From the NCBI RefSeq assembly GCF_009914755.1, contig NC_060930.1: a stretch of 64,000 bases of DNA, one strand, 5' to 3'. Shown here one piece after another: positions 1 to 13,067 of this stretch (its first letter is position 1; every line of letters begins with the position of its first letter). The DNA is from the human T2T-CHM13v2.0 reference genome, Homo sapiens. The position numbers and the translations under genes were made by a program. Under the pieces are notes generated by a model that ran no database searches, had not been told where the DNA came from, and saw only the letters and a program-made list of their open reading frames with translations.

Positions 1-1389
<1,389 letters not shown>

Positions 1390-1452
1390 TATGATGCTAG
1401 CTGGTTATTTTGCTCATTAGTTGATGCAGTTTTTTCTTAGCCTTGATGGTCT

Positions 1453-2468
1453 TTACAATTTGGCATGTTTTTGCAGTGGCTGGTACTGGTTGTTCCTTTC
1501 CATGTTTAGTGCTTCCTTCAGGAGCTCTTTTAGGGCAGGCCTGGTGGTGACAAAATCTCTCAGCATTTGCTTGTCTGTAAAGGATTTTATTTTTCCTTCA
1601 CTTATGAAGCTTAGTTTGGCTGGATATGAAATTCTGGGTTGAAAATTCTTTCATTTAAGAATGTTGAATATTGGCCCCCACTCTCTTCTGGCTTGTAGAG
1701 TGTCTGCCAAGACGTCAGCTGTTAGTCTGATGGGCTTCCCTTTGTGGGTAACCCAACCTTTCTCTCTGGCTGCCCTTAACATTTTTTCCTTCATTTCAAC
1801 TTTGGTGAATCTGATAATTATGTTTCTTGGAGTGCTCTTCTCGAGGAGTATCTTTTTGGCGTTCTCTGTATTTCCTGAATTTGAATATTTGCTTGCCTTG
1901 CTAGATTGGGGAAGTTCTCCTGGATAATATCCTGCAGAGTGTTTTCCAACTTGGTTCCATTCTCCCCGTCACTTTCAGGTACACCAATCAGACGTAGATT
2001 TGGTCTTTTCACATAGTGCCATATTTCTTGGAGGCTTTGTTTGTTTCTTTTTATTCTTTTTTCTCTAAACTTCTCTTCTCGCTTCATTTCATTCATTTGA
2101 TCTTCCATCACTGATACCCTTTCTTCCAGTTGATCAAATCGGCTACTGAGGCTTGTGCATTCGTCACATAGTTCTCGTGTCTTGGTTTTCAGCTTCATCA
2201 GGTCCTTTAAGGACTTCTCTGCATTGGTTATTCTAGTTAGCCATTCGTCTAATCTTTTTTCAAGGTTTTTTACTTCTTTGCCATGGGTTTGAACTTCCTC
2301 CTTTAGCTTGGAGTAGTTTGATCGTCTGAAGCCTTCTTCTCTCAACTTGTCAAAGTCATTCTCTGTCCAGCTTTGTTCCGTTGCTGGTGAGGAGCTGCGT
2401 TCCTTTGGAGGAGGAGAGGCGCTCTGATTTTTAGAGTTTCCAGTTTTTCTGCTCTGTTTTTTCCCCAT
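1453..2468 (-). pseudogene. L1 ORF1p, disrupted (open for 216 aa, then frameshift/stop at 1818)
   Basis: ORF 1818..2468 matches the L1 ORF1p N-terminus and coiled coil. It leaves the normal sequence after YSSRRA. The 3' boundary is estimated from the usual 338-aa length. Confidence 0.9.
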
Positions 2469-3043
2469 CTTTGTGGTTTTATCTACCTTTGGTCTTTGAT
2501 GATGGTGACGTACAGATGGGGTTTTGGTGTGGATGTCCTTTCTGTTTGTTAGTTTTCCATCTAACAGTCAGGATCCTCAGCTGCAGGTCTGTTGGAGTTT
2601 GCTGGAGGTCCACTCCAGACCCTGTTTGCCTGGGTATCAGCAGCGGAGGCTGCAGAACAGCGGATATTGGTGAACAGCAAATGTTGCTGTGTGATCGTTC
2701 CTCTGGAAGTTTTGTCTCAGAGGAGTACCCGGCCGTGTGAGGTGTCAGTCTGCCCCTACTGGGGGGTGTCTCCCAGTTAGGCTGCTTGGGGGTCAGGGAC
2801 CCACTTGAGGAGACAGTCTGTCCATTCTCAGATCTCCAGCTGTGTGCTGGGAGAACCACTAGTCTCTTCAAAGCTGTCAGACAGGGACATTTAAGTCTGC
2901 AGAGGTTTCTGCTGCCTTTTGTTTGGCTATGCCCTGCCCCCAGAGGTGAAGTCTATAGAGGCAGGCAGGCCTCCTTGAGCTGCTGTGGGCTCCACCCAGT
3001 TGGAGCTTCCTGGCCGCTTTGTTTACCTACTCAAGCCGGGGCA

Positions 3044-3307
3044 ATGGCGGGTGCCCCTTCCCCAGCCTTGCTGCCACCTTGCAGTTTGATCTCAGACTGC
3101 TGTGCTAGCAATGAGCAAGGCTCCATGGGTGTAGGACCCGCCGAGCCAGGCGCAGGATATAATCTCCTGGTATGCTGTTTGCTAAGACTGTTGGAAAAGT
3201 GCAGTATTAGGGTGGGAGTGACCCAATTTTCCAGGTGCCGTCTGTCACCCCTTTCTTTGACTGGGAAAGGGAATTCCCTGACCCCTTGCACTTCCCGGGT
3301 GAGGTGA
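3044..3307 (+). CDS. L1 ORF0-like antisense ORF (87 aa, MAGAPSPALLPPCSLISDCCASNEQ...)
   Basis: In-frame Met inside ORF 2786..3307 with strong Kozak context (gcaATGG). The peptide matches my recollection of primate L1 ORF0 (MAGAPPPASLPPCSLISDCCASN...). Expression is not shown. Confidence 0.65.
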   Translation: MAGAPSPALLPPCSLISDCCASNEQGSMGVGPAEPGAGYNLLVCCLLRLLEKCSIRVGVTQFSRCRLSPLSLTGKGNSLTPCTSRVR

Positions 3308-3519
3308 TGCCTTGCCCTGCTTCAGCTCACGCTCAGTGCCCTGCACCCACTGTCCTGCACCCACTGTCCTGCACCCACTGTCCGACGCTCCCCAGTGAGA
3401 TGAACCCAGTTCCTCAGTTGGAAGTGCAGAAATCACCCGTCTTCTGCGTCGCTCACGCTGGGAGCTGTAGACTGGAGCTGTTCCTATTTGGCCATCTTGG
3501 TTCCACCCAGATCTTATTT

Positions 3520-4010
3520 TGTAGGGAATGGGAGCCATCAACATTTTTGGAGCTGGAAATGACATTATTAGATTTGTATTTAAGAAAAGACACTCTGCTG
3601 GTACAGTATAAGCACGATGGTTGAGGGGGAGCAGGAAACTGATCAGCAAGACCAATAAGTAGGCAGGAATGGTAGTCTAGGCAGGTCATGATAATTGCCT
3701 GCACTTGGCATTTGCAGTGGATGGAGAAGGAGAAGGAGGAGGGGTGCATTGCAGATCTTGGTAGGCAGGAGAATCAATATTTTAAGATTTTGGATAGATT
3801 TTGCAAAACAGAAGAGAACCCTAGGTTGGCTCCCAGATTTGGGGTTTAGACAACTAGGTAGACAGTGGTGCCCTACACCAATTGGTGGTACAGGATAAAA
3901 GAGAAAACAGATTTTGGTGACAAGAAGATGATGAGTTCAGTTTTGGGCATATGAAAGCAGCTGTGGCCCAATTAAGGGGCTTGTTGAGGAGAGAGGTCCA
4001 GGACATAGAT

Positions 4011-4085
<75 letters not shown>

Positions 4086-4150
4086 GACAGTTATAGGATT
4101 CAGTGGCATTAGGTTAGTAGTTCAAGCTATGGGTATGAATGAAATAGCTG
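3520..4150 (+). mobile_element. Degenerate L2 fragment
   Basis: L2-typical phrases such as agatgatgagttcagttttgggcat and ggtagacagtggtgcc. Boundaries approximate. Confidence 0.55.
4011..4086. repeat. Compound (TA)n(TG)~28(TA)n microsatellite
   Basis: Directly visible. Confidence 0.98.
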
Positions 4151-5063
4151 AAGGTTACCTGGGAAACCTAGAACTTCAGATTTGCTTTGCAGCTAGTTAC
4201 CTGAGATATGTATTGTACAGAAAGGATGGAGACCTTAAACAAGAGGCTATGATAGAGATAAAAGGTTTTGGAAATTATTTCCATAAGTGTGACAGATTTG
4301 TTAATTGTTTCTTGTTGGTCTGTGGAACATCAGTAGCCTAAAAATGTCTCTGTGTGATTCAAGATTGCATCTTCTACAGAGAAACTTGCTCTGGTAGAAA
4401 TGAAGATAATGAGGGCTAAAGAAACACAGAGTATATTTTATTTCCCTTTATGAAGTTTAAATTCTGTCTTTTTTAATTAACCCACAGGGATCCTTTGATA
4501 TTGTATCTGACCGTAATATGTTTTATATAAAATGCCTAAGGGACTGAGTGTGAGCAACTGAGAAAACAACAGTTTGTCAATTCATGAATTGTGGTTCTAT
4601 TTGATCTTCTATTACTAGAGTAATGATTCAGGTGAGTATTTTATCTTGATTCTGGCTATGAGTAAAGGAAGCGCAATTGACCATCACAGTTTTATATTTG
4701 GTACCAAAGAACCATAGCTGCCAAATATGTGTTCATTGCTAACAACTTGGATCATAATAAGCGGAAGCTTTTACTTAAGCAGTCAGTCTTAGTATAATAA
4801 GGTTTAGAGAAAGGCAGTTCACAGTTTTGCTACTTGTTCTCCAGCCATGTATTACAATTACAATTTTGTTTATTAGTGTGGAAGCATGACACTCTTTTTC
4901 AGTGATTTACTTTTTAGGCTTTTCCCCCCTTTTTTGCTATATATATAATTATATATATATATAATTACTTATAGACCCTTTTAATCACTTTCTTAATATT
5001 AATTGACCAAAAAGCAGATACAGATTTTTATTAAAAGGTAAACACAGAACACTAGCAGACACT

Positions 5064-5726
5064 AGTAGCTTGCCTATTCTGAGCCCATTTTCTTCGTTTT
5101 CACTGTGATAAAGTGGGCCTCAGGCCACATGGGCCTGACTTTTGCCCCGAAGGTGATGAGCTCCATTCTTCTTCCTAGTGATTAGTGAAGGAAGTGGCAT
5201 GTGACCCAATTTCAATATATGTGAGAAGTCTGCTGGGGACCTCAGCAGTTTCTTATACTTAATCTACTGACTAGTATTTGTATTATGGGACATGGCTGCT
5301 TTCTAAGTCAAGTGCCTTTAATCTGTTAATGCTCTAGACCTTTCAAAGGAGAAACCAACATCCTTCACAAGAAGGAAAGAGACATATTTCAGAAACGCTG
5401 GTAGGGCCCAATGAGTTGATAAAAAGAGATTTAGAGGGAAGAGACTACCATTTTTTAGCTGCCAAGTGTTGGGTGTACATGTGAAGCCTAGACTTTGCTG
5501 CCATCTTGGCCATGGGGGACAGTGGGTGACTGTAAGTATGCAGGCTGAGCGTGGGGCACTAGGAGGATGAGCCGTGATGATCTTGTCAAGCCACTGAATT
5601 AACCACCCCTTGAGTGACACTACCATAGCTTATAGGATTATAGGAGATAATGACATTTCTTTATTTTTAAACCAGATGAATCAAGAATTTTTGGTATTTG
5701 CAGCTGAGTGCATCCTAACAGATACA
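5064..5726 (+). mobile_element. MaLR LTR (MLT1-type)
   Basis: Contains catgtgacccaa and the MLT1-like 3' end tttgcagctgagtgcatcctaacagataca. Confidence 0.65.
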
Positions 5727-7689
5727 CATTTCAGTTGTGGATTAAGAAATGTGTGAACAGAAAATAGATTCAGTGGGATATTTAAACGATAGTTCTGACA
5801 GTTACCACATGTTGTTAGAAGCATCCATAAACAGACTAATCAGAATGAATACTGACATGGCGTATCGGAGGCATGTCAGCCGGGGCTGTGGTGGACCATG
5901 ACAGATTTTGAGACCTGCCAAGAGCAGCCTTGATTTAACAGCATTTTATCTGGTATAAATAAATTTTCTTTTAATTGAGGATTCACTTTCATTCTTCCTT
6001 ATCCCTTTAAGTGTTATTATAGGAAAAAAAGCTTTAATAATAATATATTGAGTTATTAAAGTACCTTTTATTTGAAGCTTGACATACCAGGAAATGTGAC
6101 TGACTGTTGTCTTGCCCAAGGTCAAACACTGGGCCACTTTCAGAGCTAAATATAGATTGAGAGCATTCCACATAAAGAATAATTAGGACCTGTGAAAAAC
6201 CTCCAATGATTTAGAAATTGTAGAACCAAATTTTCTGTTGTTTACATTGTTAAACTACAAGTAAAATCTTCTCATTGGGCCCTGTTGGTGTTTCTGAAAT
6301 ATGTTTCTTTTCTTCTTGTGAAGGATGTTGGTTTCTCCTCTGAAAGGTCTAGGACATTAAAAGATTAAAAGCACTTGACTAAGAAAGCAGCCATGTCTGA
6401 TAATACAAATACTGGTCAGTAGATTAAGTATATTCTTTGCTTTTCCTTTTTTTTTTTTTCCAAATAAGGTTTTAACATCCAAATATTTAACTTGTTTTTG
6501 AGGAAGTAACTCATGTCAGTTTTTGTGATTTCAGTAATGCTTGAAAAAAGGTCAGACTGTAAAAAGCAGGGCTGAACAGTATCTGTCTAGAATAAGTGAC
6601 TGTTATTGGCCTTTGTTCTCCTGTTACTGTTTTGGGTTAATAAAACTCCAGTATGACTTGGCACAATGGGAATGCTGGGCTCCTTCCAGCTCCCCTAAGG
6701 CCATGACTTCAAATGGGGAGCTCGTACCCTCCTTGGGCCCTGGCTCTCTCACCTACTCTGGTGGCACCCGTTGACACAAGAGTTAACTTTACCGCAAGAG
6801 CTTATGTGATGATCATATTAGCTCATAGTATGTGTTCAATAAACAGTGGATGGAATTAAACTGATAGCAGGGTATGCTGTAAATGTGAGGTGTCCAGATA
6901 TGTGCTGGGACTTGTCAGCCCATCTTTCAGCCTCCTACATCCAGTGCTCTCAGTGCTCTACTGCTGTGTGTCCTCTAAGCAGGGAGATAAATTTTCCTCC
7001 CTAACTTATTTCTCAATTAAGGAGAAGGCTTTGACTATCCATGCCGTTAAATGTTGGGCCACACACATAGAAAAGAACTGACTGAATAGTAACCATGGAG
7101 TAGGCATTTGAAAATTGGCACTAAGCAGAAATGCATCAGCAGAGATTTCGGAATGACTCTTGTGGATTGGTGAAGAATAAGGACTTCTTTGGTAGCTCTT
7201 GGTATCTACTTGTTTCTTCCCCTTTCCTAAATGCACATATGCTGTATATGGCATCTTATGCTTTTATGGCTTCTGTTTTATAGAAAAAAAAATTCTCTTT
7301 CCATTTGCTATACATATTAAAATTGTATAGCATATGGCAGTTTCAAATACAAATACCTATAACTTTTAGTTTTAGAGAAAAACAAAAGCACTGTAAAGAG
7401 AAGTAAAAAGTCTGTTGAAAATATGACTAAAGTAGGAGTAATGGTTTAAAAAAAAGATTCTTGGCTTCCAAATTTCACAGTTAAGACTGATTCTTTTTGC
7501 AGGTAATTAAGAACAGGACTTAACCAGTGAGATTTATAGATAAAGTTTTTTCGGTTGTGGTTTAATGATGTTGTTTCAGAATCTTTCTCTTTGGTTACAA
7601 AATGACTACAAAGATGCAGCAGTGGCTAAACAATAAAGAAGCATCTTTTGGGTCTGGCCTATTGTGGATTGATTATTGAGAGTTGAATT

Positions 7690-7925
7690 CTTTTTTTTTT
7701 TTTTTTTCTTGAGATGGAGTCTCACACTGTTGCCCGGGCTGGAGTGCAGTAGTGCAACTCGACTCACTGCAACCGCCACCTCCCAGGTTCATGCAATTCT
7801 CCTGCCTCAGCATCCCGAGTAGCTGGGATTACAGGCACCCACCACCACGCCCAGCTACGTTTTTTTTTTTGTTTTTTTGTTTTTGGTTTTTTTTTTTGTA
7901 TTTTTAGTAGAGACGCGGTTTCACT
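7690..7925 (-). mobile_element. Alu (AluS-like), 5'-truncated, with expanded middle A-rich linker
   Basis: Poly-T, then gagatggagtctcac...gctgggattacaggc; ends abruptly at gtagagacgcggtttcac. Confidence 0.93.
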
Positions 7926-8541
7926 ACAAGAACACAGAGAAACAAAATGTAATACTGGGTATGTCCATCCGATTTTCTTCAGGCCCAGAATAATTGTTTG
8001 TCTTTTTGGTACCCAGTGGCAACATAAAAATTGGAATGTATTCCAAAACATCCCAATTTCCACAAGTTATGTTTCCACGAATTGTCAAGCACTTCTTGAA
8101 CTTAACATACATTTTCACTGAAATTGTGACATTTCTTGGCATAACAGTTTCCATGAGTGGGCTACCAGCTGTGTAATGAAATCTTTCTAAATTGTCTCTT
8201 TTATAGTTAAAGGTATGTCTCGTCTCCTAAGGCTTGGTTCCAAAATTTAGAAGGATAAAGTGGTTTTTCTCTTTCTTTATGCTTCATCATTTAATGTCCT
8301 CTTTTCTCTCCTCTCTTTTGAATACAAGATATTTACCATGTTTTTCCTTCTCATGTGTCTCTGCAAGTTGTCAGACTCAAATTTCCTTTAATTAGTGAGT
8401 TGGAAGCCTCAGAAGATTGGGAATTTGTACAGTTTTGGTAAGAATTGATAATTTGCATAGTTTTGTAGAGTCAGAATCTTACAGCAAGGTTTGCTTTTTA
8501 TTATGACTCAGACTTTTCCATGAGGTTTCTCAGAAGTCCAA

Positions 8542-8564
8542 ATATATATATATATATATATATA
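8542..8564. repeat. (TA)n microsatellite
   Basis: Directly visible. Confidence 0.9.
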
Positions 8565-9354
8565 TGTTCAGTTATAGGTAGAAAAAGATGCTAACCAACA
8601 GAGAATAGAGCTTTTGGTCATAGTTAAGAATTATCTTTTTCCATTAGAGACAATAATCAGAGCTGACAGTTAAAGTACATGGACAAGAGGCAGCTGCCAC
8701 CCACCTCATACTTTTTAGTTTTATTGCTGCCATTTTAAACAATTGTAATAAAAAGCCCAAAATATGATAGCAAATATAGGCAACTGTCCTAACCGTGATT
8801 GGTCTGTAGCCAGGCCTGGGAGAAAAGAAAGCATGGAAAGGTTATGGTTTTAAGTTTATGAACATAGTATCATATCAGATATTTTTCCTCATCAAGGTTA
8901 ACCTTCTTTTTTAAATCTTACAGTAGACCTCCATATGCTACTGAGAAGAGTGTTAATTCCCTAATAAAAGGTCATGAATATTGTCAGGGATTATGTTTGT
9001 GAATGGTCCAAGTTGCTATTTTTCCTGGAAGATGAATGTGTTCAGGGGCCATTCTGCTATTTCTGTGCTCTTAATTGAGTCGTTTTTCCAAGATGTGGCA
9101 GGCAACAGTGCTAGGCTCCAGCCCCAAAAAGGGTCTATCTTTAGGTCCTTTGTTTTGAAATAGGATTATATTACTCTAGCAGCATTAGTAAAGGGATTTG
9201 ATGGCAAAACATGAGGAACCAAGGCAAGATTTTGATAGAGCTTGGTTAAATAACATTTTTCTGCATAATATTTTGAAATTGTGGTATGCTGTTTCATATT
9301 GTATATAGCTGAGTCTACACACAAATTGTGTTTAATAATACAGAACTCTGGATC

Positions 9355-9565
9355 AAATGCTTAGGGTTTGTAGAGCCAGACAGATTGAGTTCAGATCCCC
9401 TTATTGTCAATACTCTCCAAAAGATTTCACCCAAGTTACTTTGCTGAGCTTACGTTTTTCACCTGTAAAATGGGGATAGTAATACCACCATCTTCAGAGA
9501 GCTGTCTTAGAGATTAAATGAATGAGTAAACTCAAGTGCCTGGTGTTATGTGTCCAGTAAATGTT
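9355..9565. mobile_element. MIR
   Basis: MIR core: acctgtaaaatggggatagtaataccacc...gagattaaatga. Confidence 0.75.
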
Positions 9566-9696
9566 AGGTTTTAGAATTCTTATCTTGAATTTCTCCATTG
9601 TTTTCTATCTTTCATTATGGTTAATTCACTTAATGCTTATGAAAAAGCCTCTAACATTATCTAGCTCCCCTTCATTCATGCAGAATATCTTGATAG

Positions 9697-10070
<374 letters not shown>

Positions 10071-10073
10071 ATA

Positions 10074-10380
10074 TTTTATTTCTTTTATAGAGACAGGGTC
10101 TCACTCGGTCACTCCTGCACTCAGGCTGGAGTACAGTGGTATGATCATAGCTCACTATAACCTTGAACTCCTGGGCTCAAGCAATCCTCCTGCTTCAGCC
10201 TCCTGAGTAGCTAGGACTAAGGCATGTGCCACTATGCCCAGCTAATTTTTAAAATTTTTTTGTAGAGATGGGGTCTCACTGTGTTACCCAGGCTGGTCTC
10301 GCAGTCTTGGCCTGAAGTGATTCTCTCACCTTGGCCCCCCAAAGTGCTGGCATTATAGGCATGAGCCATGGTGCCTGTCC
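10074..10380 (-). mobile_element. Alu (AluJ-like), tandem with the previous Alu
   Basis: AluJ-type ctcctgggctcaagcaatcctcc; ends gagccatggtgcctgtcc. Confidence 0.93.
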
Positions 10381-12739
10381 CTATTCTTAATTGCACATTT
10401 TCAGAAGCAGTGCCAACAGGGAATGGTTAATAATAAAGTTAAGTTGGTAGGATTTATTGCACGAACATTATCCTCCTGGGCTCTGAGTTTGAGTAGAGGG
10501 CCTTTTTGTTTGGAGGCCAGATATATAAGCATTAACTCAAGATGGCAGCTAGTAGGGCACAAAATTGGAAGAGCAGGAGGCAAGATTACTACCTGGTGCT
10601 AGAAAGACTGAGGTGCATATAAATACAGCCATCAGACAATCTGTTCTCTTCTTCCCCTCCCCATCAAATACTATTTTGCAATGCAAATTAAAAGCTTTAT
10701 AATGAACTTACCTGAATTACAGATAAAGATATCAAAACTCTGACCAGGAGGCATGAGTTTCATAACTGTTAATACCTGACATCTGGGATTTAAACCCATG
10801 GTTTCCTGACTCTAAAGGTTTTATCACTATACTGATGCTGGTGATTGGGAAATGCCAGGAGTTACTAATTTTCCTCAGTGAAGAACGTTCCCTGCAAATA
10901 CATCTTCACTGAACACAAAAAGTAATGTTTAGGATAATTGTTCACTGGTTGTTAGGCTATTTCCTTTGTTATTTTGATCACAAAATCATATAATGCTAGT
11001 ACTGTAGAGGATCCTAATATGCCTACTGCCTTATTTTTGGGTGAAGAAACTGAGGTCCAGAGAGGACCAAGGGCTTCTCTGGTGTTTCCTAGCTGGGTAG
11101 TGGCAGTGTTAAGGCTGGGAAGAACCACATTCTGTGTCACGTCTCCAGTGTTCAAAATTTGCTGTAGGTTCTGATGTTTCCATTTTTAGGGTTACAGGCC
11201 ATTTATTTGCTTTCTGGTCTTAATAAGGTTTATATTATTGCTTTTAGGACTATTTTACATTTATATACAAAATCATTTTATATTTTAAAACATACACCTG
11301 TATTCACTCATGTATTGGTGAATTTGGGGGAATACTGGAAGAGTTTAAAGTTGCTGTTTATTTATAAGTCACTAAGCTGTGAAGAAACCCAACTGGTTAT
11401 AAAAGTGGAATTTTACTTAAAATTATAATGTTCATTGTATGATAGAATGGAGTGTCCTCTTTAAACCAAGGTAAAATAAGCATCTTTACATTTTAAATAG
11501 TCTGAAAAAGTGAAAGCAATTTAAAGACATGTAATTCTCTAAACATTAATTTTAATTATGTGGATAGACCTGCCAGTTTAATCAGTCAGATCTTTGCTTT
11601 TTATTCCATAGATCTTCACAATATTTCTAATGTGGAAGTCAAAGTGCATATTAATGTACCTGTGACATATAAAAACAACTGTGTTCCTTGATAACACTCT
11701 CAAATACTCTTTGATATTTGCATCAAAATTATCAAAATTCTATCTTTCAGAAAAAAAGCATTGAAAACAGATACTAGTGTTTGCCAGCATCTTCACTGTT
11801 TTTTTTAATGCGACAAATATAATTTGTAAAATTGACAATTTTCATTTTTCCATGCTGCAGGCTCTTTTTGTTTGGATGATCATGAAAGTAGGTGGACTAT
11901 GTTCAGAACCACTTGAGGTGTTCAGCATCATCCTGTTCCCTCTCCTTCTAATCCATGGGAAATAGGTGTGCCTAGCTAGTAAATAGAGGAGTAAGAAAGA
12001 ATCAGGGTGGAATTTCTGGCACTATGAACAATTTTTCTTTCCTAGAGTGTCATAAACTAAGGCTATTCCCTCTATAAGATAACAGATTTTGAACAATTAC
12101 ATGAAATCTGTTATTTCATGTAATAGAGTTCAAAATATAGCCTTTCTTAAAATTAGTTGTTTTGCTGCCCCTGAATTTGCTCAATCACCTTGTGGCTTCA
12201 TTCAGAAAGATGCCCTAATCTTTTGTCTTTTTGTCAGTGATGCATCTATATTTGGGTAATTTTCTAGGCTGTTGACATATTTGATGGTATAATTTCAAAA
12301 TTAATATTATTGATTACTGCTTTACTAGGGGAATAAGGCAATATATCAGAAAGCAGGAATTTAAAAGATATGCCGTACCGTACAGATAACAGTCGATAGC
12401 CTCTTTCCCCACACTTAGCCTATCATTTCTATTGTTCATGCAGTTTGCTAGGTAGTTAATGGTACTTCATACAAGTTGTGATTCCAGTGTTCTGCTATGT
12501 TGGGTTTTCTATTCATAAACCACAATCTCCTAGGGATAAAAGAAGGCTCTTCCTCTTTAAGTAGCAGACAGAAAATATGGTTTTTTTGGGGGTTTGAATT
12601 TTCATGTGTAATTACTGCAGTTGTCTGTAGGAGAAAGGGCTCATTGTGGTTTTTCTCGACTACCTTTCTTAAAGACATATGCAAATAGCCAGACAGAACA
12701 CATGGCACTGACCTATGGCCAGGGACTCACAGTTTTGTG

Positions 12740-13018
12740 AGAATACGGGAGCGTATAGCCACTTCCTTCACTGAATGCCAGTCCCAGAGCAGTTGCATTA
12801 GGCTGGAGGACTGGAGGTGGAGCCTTTTTTGCTCACGGCAGCAAGTTCCCTTCTCCTTTCTCTCCCCCGGCGGCGTGTGCATTGGCTCTTCAAGCTGCCT
12901 GTGCTGCTCCGTGGAGTGAAAAAGGCAGGGTGTGCTCGCAGACTGTGCTATAAACTGCAATTTCTATTTGGGGTCCTCACGGAGAAGAACACCAGGAAAG
13001 ACAGACAGGACCAGTGCC
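12740..13018 (+). promoter_or_regulatory. AKAP7: Internal promoter / 5'UTR of the short AKAP7 isoforms
   Basis: Local GC/CpG enrichment in an AT-rich background, ATTGG (reverse CCAAT) at 12881 and TATAAA at 12949-12954, immediately upstream of the Kozak ATG. The TSS cannot be fixed from sequence alone. Confidence 0.6.
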
Positions 13019-13067
13019 ATGGGCCAGCTTTGCTGCTTTCCTTTCTCAAGAGATGAAGGAAAAATCA
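13019..13067 (+). CDS. AKAP7: AKAP7 alpha/beta first coding exon ([16 protein letters not shown]; Gly2 myristoylation, Cys5/Cys6 palmitoylation motif)
   Basis: gccATGGGCCAGCTTTGCTGC...AAAATCA|GTAAGT, a phase-1 donor. Joined to 43981-44177 it gives 246 nt = 81 aa, the AKAP18alpha sequence as I recall it. Confidence 0.95.

Noticed and set aside
4018-4341. MCVCVCV... and IYIYIY... ORFs (also 9561-10002)
   Set aside because: Translations of dinucleotide microsatellites and Alu sequence.
5852-5879. Inverted repeat CTGACATG-N12-CATGTCAG
   Set aside because: An 8-bp stem is expected by chance in 64 kb and is too short for a pre-miRNA.
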